A stretch of DNA of 63,688 bases from NCBI GenBank assembly GCA_964440985.1, contig CAYTWE010000007.1:1-63688 (forward strand), written 5' to 3'. Positions 1 through 7,904 of the stretch are shown here, piece by piece (within the stretch, counting starts at the first letter, position 1; each line of letters begins with the position of its first letter). Source of the DNA: an uncultured Lentisphaeraceae bacterium. GTDB lineage: Bacteria; Verrucomicrobiota; Kiritimatiellia; RFP12; UBA1067. A model generated the notes under the pieces. That model was not told where the DNA came from and searched no databases. It worked only from the letters and a program-made list of their open reading frames with translations. Both the position numbers and the translations under genes were made by a program.

Positions 1-2
1 GG

Positions 3-122
3 GGGTAGCTCATCTGCCGACCATACCGGATTGTCCATGAAGTTGTTGGAGAGGAATGCCGCATCCTCTCAATCCGCCACGGGCGTATGCTCATGACTGC
101 AGACGACACGCACTTGAACTGA
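3..122 (+). pseudogene. C-terminal fragment of a RelE/ParE-family toxin, with an in-frame TAG (window edge)
   Basis: Frame 3 reads [38 protein letters not shown]. This resembles the RelE/ParE C-terminus (RELI..PYRIVY....V.IL.I.HG.R). TAG at 6-8 sits where GAG (Glu) is expected. Confidence 0.55.
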
Positions 123-187
123 CTGCACACCATCGAAATCTTCGTCCGCCGCCCCGCATCTGAACCTTGTGGTATAATTCCGCGCAA

Positions 188-853
188 ATGACAGACAAGA
201 TACTCAAACTGAAGCCGTCCGCATTCCTGTTCGACCTTGACGGCACACTCATAGACAGCGAAATGCTCTGGAGCAAGGCGATTGTGGCGTGGCTTCAGTC
301 ATACGGAATATGCGAGGAGACGAATGAGATTGCCGCACTTGTGTTCGGGCACAGCTGGATTGACATACACGCCGCACTTCTCACCCGCTTTCCTTCCCTG
401 CCGCGAAATCCGTCCGAACACGACGCCAAGGCGCTCAGGTCGCACTATTGCAGACTATCCGCCAACCCACAGGACATCATAATCCGTTCAGCCGTCGAAT
501 TCTACCATGCCGCCGCGCAACTTGCCCCATGCGCAATCGTTTCTGGCTCGCCAAGCGGAGATGTGGCCCGCGCCGCCCAACTCTGCGGCATAGAGCGGGT
601 GACTGCGTTCACGCTCGGCGCAGAGGACTACGCAAAAGGCAAACCCGCACCGGACGGATATCTCGCTGCGGCAATGCGGCTTGGCGTCAATCCGTCCGAA
701 TGCGTGGTGATAGAGGATTCAACCGCAGGAGTGAAGTCGGGCATCGCCGCCGGAATGAAGGTCGTCGGCATAGACCGCAACCGCATTGTGCGGCAGGACT
801 TCACCGGATGCTTCATCACAGTCTCCGACCTTTCGGAACTGATGCGCGATTAA
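188..853 (+). CDS. HAD-superfamily hydrolase (beta-PGM/CbbY-like)
   Basis: FDLDGTL, KPAPD and IEDS motifs. ATG at 188 follows TGGTATAAT (170-178). Confidence 0.9.
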   Translation: MTDKILKLKPSAFLFDLDGTLIDSEMLWSKAIVAWLQSYGICEETNEIAALVFGHSWIDIHAALLTRFPSLPRNPSEHDAKALRSHYCRLSANPQDIIIRSAVEFYHAAAQLAPCAIVSGSPSGDVARAAQLCGIERVTAFTLGAEDYAKGKPAPDGYLAAAMRLGVNPSECVVIEDSTAGVKSGIAAGMKVVGIDRNRIVRQDFTGCFITVSDLSELMRD

Positions 854-881
854 CCGGCCAAGTCTCTGCCGCTGAGACGGA

Positions 882-2831
882 TCAGCGCTCTGTCGGCGGC
901 TTTGCGCTGTACGTCAACCCCGGCACGGTGCGCGGATGGGTAGCCGCACCGTTGAACACCGCGAACGTGATGGCGCAGGAGTACCACGTCTTGGCTTTTG
1001 CGACATCCGTTTCGATGCGCACGTGATTCCATCCCTTCTTCAGGTGTATCGGATACGGTTCGCGAAGAGCGGGCATCTCGTCCACAAGCGGCTTTTCGAG
1101 CATATCTGTCGAATACGGAACATCCTGCTCGGGTCCGCTCGAAGTCGTGCTCTTCATTCCCGGCTGCTTCCATGCCGGCGGCGGAAGATCAACGCCGTTC
1201 AATGAAATCTTTCCGTTGAGGGAGTTCCACTCTCCAGTCTTCGGCGTATTCGGCATACGGAGACGTCCATACACGCCGTTGATTCCGGAAAGATCTATCC
1301 AACCCCCGCAATCAATGTCCGACGGCGCGTGAATCCAGGTCTCAATAGCAACCCTTCCGTTCTTGCTTGCGAAAATCGGCGCATCCTTTGGCAGCAGCAG
1401 AGCTTCATACGGGTCGTTCATGCGGATCGTACCCTGCGCAATTTCATCGGCAAGCACCGCACCGGTGCTGCAGTCCACAACGCGCCAGCGCATTTCGGTC
1501 TGCGACATGAACGGGAACGGATGCGGGAACTCGGCAAGCACAACATCGCGGTGGGCAAGCATACGCCGCTCAAGATCGCAGACACGGGCAAACGGCTCAG
1601 TGCCGGGCTTCGGCATCCTGCCGATGAACGCCGGCTCATCCTTGTCCCTGCCATGCCAGAAGTTGTCGCCCATTGCGACGATCGACGGAAACACCATGCA
1701 CTCCTTGAAGAGCTTCAGCGTGTCGTCGCCCACGTTGTCGTCATGCCACGTGCAGGTTATCGCGCCAAGCTTGCGTTCCTCCGCGACGTCCCAGCGGCAG
1801 GGCTTCTTGAATGCCGCATGACGCAGAACCTCGAACGGAGTCCACGACGTATTGTACAGCCTTGCGGAATCGAAGGATTCGTTCACGGTGTTCGTGACAT
1901 GGTTATCGTACCACACCATGTCGACCGTCTTGCAGGACGGATCGATCATCTTGCCCGGGGCCCACACCACGGCCTTGCGTCCGGCCGCGTTCAGCGTACG
2001 CGCCCACTTCGTCGGCCACGTGTCGTCGCAGTACTCCGCCGACATGCGAACCTCGTCCGTGCCAAGGTGCACAAACGGCATCTCCTCCACAGACGCCAGA
2101 GAGCACAGCTCCTCGAAAAGCTCGGATATGACACGGTCGGTGCCGGGAGCCTTCATCGTGCTGATGCCCATGCCGCGCCTGAACGCAAGGGTATGCCCCG
2201 GAACGTCAAGCTCCGGCATGATGGTGATGCCGCGTTCGCCCGCATATTTCACCATCTCCTTGAATTCATCCTGTGTGTAGTATTTGCCGATCTGGCGCAT
2301 GAATGCGCCCTTGGCGTTGAGCTGCGGATACTTCTTGGACTCAAGACGCCATCCGTGGTAGTCGGAAAGATGCCAATGGAACAGGTTCAGCTTGTATGCG
2401 GCCATCATGTCGATGATAGCCCGCACTCCGGACAGCTCAAGGTAGTTCCGCCCGCAGTCGTTCATGAATCCGCGCCAGCGAAGCGACGGCCAGTCCGTGA
2501 TCCGGCAGCACGGCACTTTCCCGTCCGACAGCTTGACGAGCTGCGCAAGCGTGACGCGGGCGTAGCGCTCACCACGCGCATCGGATGCCGTTATCTTCAC
2601 GCCATCCGTTCCGATATCAAGCACATACGCCTCCGCCGCTACGGCTGCCGGCGCCCCGGAAACAGCCTGACGCACAACGGAAATCCGATCAAGAGAAGCG
2701 GCATCTGCAGTGCCGCCGGTTTCCGACACACGTACCGGCTTGGGTATCAGCAAATCGACCGGTGAGACGCCACTGGCGACCGACCACACAGACAAAGACA
2801 AGACCGCAACCGCAATAATTTTGTTTTTCAT
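882..2831 (-). CDS. Secreted GH20 beta-N-acetylhexosaminidase
   Basis: Signal peptide MKNKIIAVAV; motifs RWRGFMNDCGR, FHWHLSD, PELDVPGH and catalytic HLGTDE. Start moved to ATG 2831. Confidence 0.9.
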   Translation of the reverse strand: MKNKIIAVAVLSLSVWSVASGVSPVDLLIPKPVRVSETGGTADAASLDRISVVRQAVSGAPAAVAAEAYVLDIGTDGVKITASDARGERYARVTLAQLVKLSDGKVPCCRITDWPSLRWRGFMNDCGRNYLELSGVRAIIDMMAAYKLNLFHWHLSDYHGWRLESKKYPQLNAKGAFMRQIGKYYTQDEFKEMVKYAGERGITIMPELDVPGHTLAFRRGMGISTMKAPGTDRVISELFEELCSLASVEEMPFVHLGTDEVRMSAEYCDDTWPTKWARTLNAAGRKAVVWAPGKMIDPSCKTVDMVWYDNHVTNTVNESFDSARLYNTSWTPFEVLRHAAFKKPCRWDVAEERKLGAITCTWHDDNVGDDTLKLFKECMVFPSIVAMGDNFWHGRDKDEPAFIGRMPKPGTEPFARVCDLERRMLAHRDVVLAEFPHPFPFMSQTEMRWRVVDCSTGAVLADEIAQGTIRMNDPYEALLLPKDAPIFASKNGRVAIETWIHAPSDIDCGGWIDLSGINGVYGRLRMPNTPKTGEWNSLNGKISLNGVDLPPPAWKQPGMKSTTSSGPEQDVPYSTDMLEKPLVDEMPALREPYPIHLKKGWNHVRIETDVAKAKTWYSCAITFAVFNGAATHPRTVPGLTYSAKPPTER

Positions 2832-2945
2832 GTCCACATTATACCACACTTGACGCCACATAGCGCAACACCCGCCATTTTCTGACGGAATGCCACCTGT
2901 CAAAGCAAATGCGACCACCACGGTCGCATCCGCTTGCTCCGAAAG

Positions 2946-3554
2946 TCAATATATCCTGTTCTCACATCCGTCAAGAAGACGGCGGATGTTGGCCTTGTGC
3001 TTGTAGATGGCCGCAACCGCAACAAGTGTCACGACAATGCACAGCGGCATATTCCGCCATCCCATGCTTCCAAGCCACGGGAACCATACGCCCACCGCAA
3101 GGAACGCCGCAGCGAGGCAGCTGCCAAGAGAAATGTAGTGGGACAGCCACACCGTGACCACGAAAATCCCGAATGCAAGCAGCACAAGTCCGGGAAGAAG
3201 CCCCAAAAGCATGCCGAAGCCCGTCGCCACGCCCTTCCCGCCCTTGAATTTCATGAAGCAGGTGAACATATGTCCAACCACCGCCATCAATCCAACGACA
3301 AGCGGGAGATGCGCATCGCAGCAGAACCGCTTGCACAGGACGACAGGAATCAAGCCCTTTAGAAAGTCGCACAGGAACGCAAGCAATCCCCATTTCTTTC
3401 CGACAGTGCGGTAGACGTTCGTCGCACCAATGTTTTTGGATCCCACCGTGCGAACATCCACACCGCGCATCCTGCCGATCAGAAATCCGAACGGCACCGC
3501 ACCCGCGAAGTACGCAACGGCAATCCACGCCAACCATTCAATCACCTTTTCCAT
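2946..3554 (-). CDS. plsY: Glycerol-3-phosphate acyltransferase PlsY
   Basis: GSKNIGATNV, FKGGKGVAT, YISLGS and HKANIRRL motifs. Confidence 0.95.
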   Translation of the reverse strand: MEKVIEWLAWIAVAYFAGAVPFGFLIGRMRGVDVRTVGSKNIGATNVYRTVGKKWGLLAFLCDFLKGLIPVVLCKRFCCDAHLPLVVGLMAVVGHMFTCFMKFKGGKGVATGFGMLLGLLPGLVLLAFGIFVVTVWLSHYISLGSCLAAAFLAVGVWFPWLGSMGWRNMPLCIVVTLVAVAAIYKHKANIRRLLDGCENRIY

Positions 3555-3644
3555 GTCGAGTCAACCCTTTCATTCAGATTTCCATTCCGCCGACGGCGAC
3601 ATCCATCGACGGATCCACGCCAAACGGCCAGTGATTATAGCATA

Positions 3645-4148
3645 TCAGGAACGCGACGCCCGGTCGGACGCCTTCGATTCCGCGTGAAACCGGTTCAGAG
3701 GCCTCCCGTCATCCGGCACGTCCCCATCCGCTATCGCAGTGCGCCGCGCACGGAACGCAAGACCGAACACCTCAAGTCCAATCAGCGAAAGCACAGTTGT
3801 CGCCACGCTGACAGCATACAGCCCTGATGCGACAGCCATGCCGATTCCGGCTGCGACCCATATGCCGGCCGCCGTCGTAAGACCGTGGACAGCCTGGCGG
3901 TGAACCATAATCGAACCGGCGCCTATGAACCCTATGCCGCTCACGATCTGCGACGCGACACGCGACGGATCACCGGCACCTTCAAATCCATAGCGCGACA
4001 CTATCATCATCAACGCCGCACCGATCGCCACGAGCAGATGGGTGCGCGTCCCGGCGACCTTGGCGCGGTATTCACGCTCCGCTCCAATCAGTCCGCCGAG
4101 AAATCCGGCCAGGAGCAGCCTCAAAATCAATATGTGGGTTTCCGGCAT
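3645..4148 (-). CDS. MgtC/SapB family membrane protein
   Basis: IGAERE, AGTRTH, DPSRVASQIVSGIGFIGAG and GLTTAAGIW motifs. Lacks the C-terminal ACT domain. Confidence 0.9.
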   Translation of the reverse strand: MPETHILILRLLLAGFLGGLIGAEREYRAKVAGTRTHLLVAIGAALMMIVSRYGFEGAGDPSRVASQIVSGIGFIGAGSIMVHRQAVHGLTTAAGIWVAAGIGMAVASGLYAVSVATTVLSLIGLEVFGLAFRARRTAIADGDVPDDGRPLNRFHAESKASDRASRS

Positions 4149-4178
4149 CTTTTCACCTCGCGGTCAATCAATCAAACC

Positions 4179-4209
4179 AAAAAGGCCGCAACTGAGGTTG
4201 CGGCCTTTT
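4179..4209. terminator. Bidirectional intrinsic terminator after rplT
   Basis: aaaaggccgcaac-tgag-gttgcggcctttt hairpin with A/T runs on both sides. Confidence 0.85.
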
Positions 4210-4229
4210 CGTTCTGCGCTCCGGCGAAC

Positions 4230-4580
4230 TTACGCCTTCTTAGCGAGCTCGACGATCGCCTTGAATCCGGCGGGGTCGTTGATCGCAATCTCGGAGAGCA
4301 TCTTGCGGTTCAGGATCACACCGGCGTTGATGAGACCTGCCATGAACTTGGAGTAGCTGATTCCCTCCGCACGGGTCGCCGCGTTGATGCGGGCAATCCA
4401 GAGCTGACGGAAATCGCGCTTCTTGAGCTTGCGGTGCTCAGTTGCCAGACGGCGGGCGCGATCGCGCGCCTCCATGGCCTGACGGATGTTCTTGGAGCGG
4501 GGACCGCGGAAACCCTTGACGTCTTCAAGTATCCTGCGGCGGCGTTCGCGAGACGCGGGTGCGTTGGTTGCACGTGACAT
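4230..4580 (-). CDS. rplT: 50S ribosomal protein L20
   Basis: KRDFRQLWIARINAA, SYSKF and LNRKMLSEIA motifs; follows rpmI. Confidence 0.97.
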   Translation of the reverse strand: MSRATNAPASRERRRRILEDVKGFRGPRSKNIRQAMEARDRARRLATEHRKLKKRDFRQLWIARINAATRAEGISYSKFMAGLINAGVILNRKMLSEIAINDPAGFKAIVELAKKA

Positions 4581-4601
4581 TTTCTTTTTCTCCTTACCTT
4601 A

Positions 4602-4799
4602 TCATGCACCCTGCAGCATACGCAGCATGGTTTTCTGGACCGTCTTGTCAGTGACCGTCGTACCGCGGAGGTTGCGCTTGCGCGTACGGCTCTTGTAGCC
4701 GTTGAGGTGCGCCTTGCCGCCCTGCGAACGCAGGACTTTCCCCGTGGCCGACCTTTTCATGCGCTTCGTCGCGCACTTCTTCGTCTTCATCTTTGGCAT
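4602..4799 (-). CDS. rpmI: 50S ribosomal protein L35
   Basis: MPKMKTKK...KR...ATGKV; 65 aa, basic; directly upstream of rplT. Confidence 0.97.
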   Translation of the reverse strand: MPKMKTKKCATKRMKRSATGKVLRSQGGKAHLNGYKSRTRKRNLRGTTVTDKTVQKTMLRMLQGA

Positions 4800-4878
4800 T
4801 GCATTTGTCCTTTTCTTTCGTTCCTAACCGGTCAGGCAGTCGGTTGATGGCCTGATCCAGACGGAAAAACAGGCGCGT

Positions 4879-4907
4879 ATTGTACCATAACCGGCCTTTC
4901 CGCGCAA
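4879..4907 (-). promoter_or_regulatory. Sigma70 promoter of rpmI-rplT
   Basis: TTGCGC-17 nt-TACAAT with extended TG. Confidence 0.75.
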
Positions 4908-4958
4908 GCGCAAACGGCAATATCCAGCCTCTGCGCGACAAGTGGCGGAACGGCCCTT

Positions 4959-4987
4959 TTGCAAAGGGCGGCGCAAGATGGTATAAT
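4959..4987 (+). promoter_or_regulatory. Sigma70 promoter of the XRE-cupin gene
   Basis: TTGCAA-17 nt-TATAAT with extended TG. Confidence 0.8.
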
Positions 4988-5037
4988 GCGCGCTCATTTT
5001 GCGGAGATCGAACTTCGAGAGCGAAAGGATAACTGAA

Positions 5038-5601
5038 ATGGCCAACGAAACGAAAGTCGGGGAGCGCATACGCACATACCGTGAACGCCTTGACATGAGC
5101 ATATACGACCTGTCGCAGAAAAGCGGCATCTCGGAAGACGTAATCAACTCAATAGAAAAGGGAGAGGTTGTTCCCGCTCTCGGTGTGCTTACGAAACTTT
5201 CCCGCGCACTCGGACAGCGGCTTGGTACGTTCATGGACGACCAGTTCAAGCCCGATCCCATCATCACACGCGCAAATGAACTTGACGCCGTAAAGGTGGC
5301 ACACTCCGGAAAGACCGAAGCCGGCTACTCCTACTATTCGCTCGCCGTCGGCAAACCCGATCGCCACATGGATCCGTTCCGCATCGAATTCGCGCCAGAC
5401 GCCCAGCCGATGCAGTCCTCCCACGAGGGTGAGGAGCTGATCATCTGCATCAGCGGAAAGGTGGAGCTGAAGTACGGCAACGAGACTACGGTGCTGGAGC
5501 CTGGCGACTCCGCATACTACAACAGCGTGGTAAAGCACACGCTCAAGAGCGCGGACGGCAAGCCGGCATCCATCTACGGCATTGTATTCATGCCGTTCTG
5601 A
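5038..5601 (+). CDS. XRE-family HTH regulator with a cupin domain
   Basis: N-terminal HTH (VGERIRTYRE...LSQKSGIS...IEKG) and cupin (SHEGEE...GDSAYYNS...H). AAGGA precedes ATG 5038. Confidence 0.9.
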   Translation: MANETKVGERIRTYRERLDMSIYDLSQKSGISEDVINSIEKGEVVPALGVLTKLSRALGQRLGTFMDDQFKPDPIITRANELDAVKVAHSGKTEAGYSYYSLAVGKPDRHMDPFRIEFAPDAQPMQSSHEGEELIICISGKVELKYGNETTVLEPGDSAYYNSVVKHTLKSADGKPASIYGIVFMPF

Positions 5602-5640
5602 CGACATGACGGCGGCATCACGCCGTCGATTGATGCACAG

Positions 5641-5676
5641 AAAAAAATCAGGGTCGGCGGTTCACCGCCGACCCTG
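5641..5676 (-). terminator. Intrinsic terminator for a minus-strand transcript
   Basis: 12-bp stem cagggtcggcgg/ccgccgaccctg followed by a U7 tract on the minus strand. Confidence 0.85.
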
Positions 5677-5889
5677 TCTGCATCCGGTTGGGGACGCATC
5701 AAAAATACCCACGCCGCGACTTCCGCATCATCGTCGGGCTTCGCCTCGAGACGTACCACTTCGTCAACAGAAGAGCCGATTATCACTAATCGCGGTCGCT
5801 CGTTAACTCGCCCTCGGAAAAGCATCCGCCTGCTGCGCAGTTCCAAGACCCCCTCCGGTTTCCCGAAAGAGACCTGATGAATTTCCGAG
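5641..5889 (-). ncRNA. Candidate stand-alone structured ncRNA (~250 nt), family not recognised
   Basis: Has its own promoter and terminator, multiple stems with GNRA loops, and G-U pairs favouring the minus strand. No credible ORF. Confidence 0.65.
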
Positions 5890-5894
5890 AGAGA

Positions 5895-5923
5895 AAGATA
5901 CCAAAAGGCGTTTCCCGGCGCAA
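5895..5923 (-). promoter_or_regulatory. Sigma70 promoter of the candidate ncRNA
   Basis: TTGCGC-17 nt-TATCTT with extended TG. The -35 matches the rpmI promoter; the -10 matches the tRNA-Met and rubredoxin promoters. Confidence 0.7.
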
Positions 5924-5966
5924 GGAAAACTTGCGGGAAAAATCCGCAAACGTCTGCGCCGGGAAA
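5911..5966 (-). terminator. Long hairpin after cysK (probable terminator)
   Basis: Outer stem tttcccggcgca/tgcgccgggaaa, inner stem ttgcgg/ccgcaa, followed by a short T run on the minus strand. Confidence 0.55.
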
Positions 5967-5971
5967 GCCGC

Positions 5972-6895
5972 TTAGGCGAAGAGCCAGGTGGACAGATAGC
6001 GCTCTCCGGTATCCGGCAGAACTACGACGATCGTCTTGCCGGCGAACTCCGGTCGCTTCGAAAGCTCGATTGCGGCCCAAAGCGCGGCGCCGGAGGAGAT
6101 TCCGACGAGAAGCCCGTCCTTTGCGGCGGCCGCCCGCGCCGTCGCTCCGGCGTTCTCAGCCGAGACCTTTATCACTTCGTCATACACTGCGGTATCGAGC
6201 GTCTTCGGCACAAATCCCGCCCCGATGCCCTGCAGCTTGTGCGGGCCAGGCTGTTCGCCGGAAAGCACGGCGGACGTATCCGGCTCGACCGCGAACACCT
6301 TGACGTCAGCATTTTTAGACTTGAGGTATCTGCCTACGCCCGTCAGGGTGCCGCCCGTTCCGACGCCTGCGACAAACGCCGCCACATCGCCCTCCGCATC
6401 GTCCCAGATTTCAGGTCCGGTGGTCGCCTCATGGCGGGCGGGGTTCGCGGGATTCTCAAACTGCTGCAGGATCACCGCTCCCGGCGTGGCATCGCGCAGT
6501 TCGTTCGCCTTCGCGATTGCGCCCTTCATGCCCGCCGCGCCCGGCGTGAGGACGATTTCCGCGCCATATGCCGCCGCAAGCTTGCGGCGTTCAACGCTCA
6601 TCGTCTCCGGCATCGTCAATATAAGATGATACCCCTTCACCGCGCTCACCAAGGCAAGCCCGACCCCGGTGTTGCCGCTCGTCGGCTCGATTATCGTCGC
6701 GCCAGGCTTCAGCACTCCCGACTTTTCGGCATCTTCGACCATCGCAAGTGCGATACGGTCTTTCACGCTACCGCCGGGATTGAAGAACTCCACCTTGGCG
6801 AGAACCTTCGCCTTGCCGTCATTCAGCCGGTTGGAAATCTCGACCAGCGGAGTGCCGCCGACCTTCTCCAATATGTTCTTTGCTGCTTTGCTCAT
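5972..6895 (-). CDS. cysK: Cysteine synthase A
   Basis: NPGGSVKDR (PLP lysine), EPTSGNTG, GVGTGGT and PDTGERYLST. Start at ATG 6895 after GGAGAG. Confidence 0.95.
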   Translation of the reverse strand: MSKAAKNILEKVGGTPLVEISNRLNDGKAKVLAKVEFFNPGGSVKDRIALAMVEDAEKSGVLKPGATIIEPTSGNTGVGLALVSAVKGYHLILTMPETMSVERRKLAAAYGAEIVLTPGAAGMKGAIAKANELRDATPGAVILQQFENPANPARHEATTGPEIWDDAEGDVAAFVAGVGTGGTLTGVGRYLKSKNADVKVFAVEPDTSAVLSGEQPGPHKLQGIGAGFVPKTLDTAVYDEVIKVSAENAGATARAAAAKDGLLVGISSGAALWAAIELSKRPEFAGKTIVVVLPDTGERYLSTWLFA

Positions 6896-6945
6896 TTCAT
6901 CTCTCCATTTCTTTTTTGTGTGTCTGTCATTATACTCTTTTGGGG

Positions 6946-7830
6946 TCAGAACTGATACTGGATCGAAAATACCGCACCAGATCCAACGCCAAGATCCTTT
7001 GCACTGCCATGACGGTAGAACTTGTCCTTGTCGCCCGTCTCCGCAAAAGCCGCCACAAGCGTAAGCTGTTTCGTGACGAACCACGCCACGTGCGCATCCC
7101 AGTAGTCATGGTTGCGAATTCCGTCGCCCGCATCCACGCCCTGCTTGTACTCAAGTCCGATGGCGATGTTCTCGGACGGAAGCACGTCGATGTTGCCGAA
7201 CGCCACCACGTCATAGTCGTTATGTCCGACCACGCCATTGACCACTTCGTCAGACAGCAGAAGGCCCGCCGACAGAAGAACCGGCCAAGGCGTCTGGGTG
7301 ACGAGCTTCGTGAGAACCACGTATGCGTCAAACCCGTCGTTGTCAAGTCCGAGCGCGTCAACGGTGCGCGAATCCGTGTATTTGTACACGCCGCCTACGG
7401 CAAGCGCGGGAAGCCATGAGGTGTCGAATGCGTTTTCATCGAGCAGCTTCACCTTAGCACCGAGATTGTACGTGTTTATGCTTTTGTCGCCGTACTTGTG
7501 CGCATTCACGAATCCGTAGCCGGCCGAAACCTCAAGCCGCTCCGCGAACGTGATCGCCGCCGATCCGGCCCACCAGTTCACTCCTGCATCGTTCAGGTTT
7601 ACGTACCAAGTGCCAACCTGCGGCCTGGACACCACCTTTCCGATGCCGTTCGTCGCCTCGTCGTCCCATGGCAGCCCTGCGGTGTAAGCCAGCGGGTTGA
7701 ACGCTATGCCCCCCGTGCCCTGAAGGTTGTTCAGGGGAACGCCGCCGTACGCAATCGCCGCAGCTCCCGCCGCAGCGAGAAGCGACAGCGCTCCCTTGGT
7801 CAATATCCTGTCTGTGTTTGTCCTGTTCAT
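6946..7830 (-). CDS. DUF3034-like outer-membrane beta-barrel protein
   Basis: Signal peptide, alternating beta-strand pattern, IGLEYKQ and WDAHVAWF segments, C-terminal YQF. Confidence 0.7.
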   Translation of the reverse strand: MNRTNTDRILTKGALSLLAAAGAAAIAYGGVPLNNLQGTGGIAFNPLAYTAGLPWDDEATNGIGKVVSRPQVGTWYVNLNDAGVNWWAGSAAITFAERLEVSAGYGFVNAHKYGDKSINTYNLGAKVKLLDENAFDTSWLPALAVGGVYKYTDSRTVDALGLDNDGFDAYVVLTKLVTQTPWPVLLSAGLLLSDEVVNGVVGHNDYDVVAFGNIDVLPSENIAIGLEYKQGVDAGDGIRNHDYWDAHVAWFVTKQLTLVAAFAETGDKDKFYRHGSAKDLGVGSGAVFSIQYQF

Positions 7831-7904
7831 TGTCTGTTCTCCATTGTATGATTTTTATGTCTGATGAACCCCGCCTCCTTGCGGACGGCGGGGCTGGTTA
7901 AGGG

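Noticed and set aside
5641-5889. T-box, SAM-I or SRP identity for the ncRNA (contains TGGTAC, TTCATC, CAGG...AGCAG)
   Set aside because: The motifs are incomplete or wrongly spaced, and there is no adjacent same-strand downstream gene for a riboswitch.
5874-5897. CTGATGA...GAAA on the plus strand, suggesting a hammerhead ribozyme
   Set aside because: No stem II forms between the core motifs, and G-U pairing favours the opposite strand.
5574-6080. 168-aa minus-strand ORF across the candidate ncRNA
   Set aside because: Overlaps both cysK and the XRE gene, runs through a strong terminator, and has no family features.
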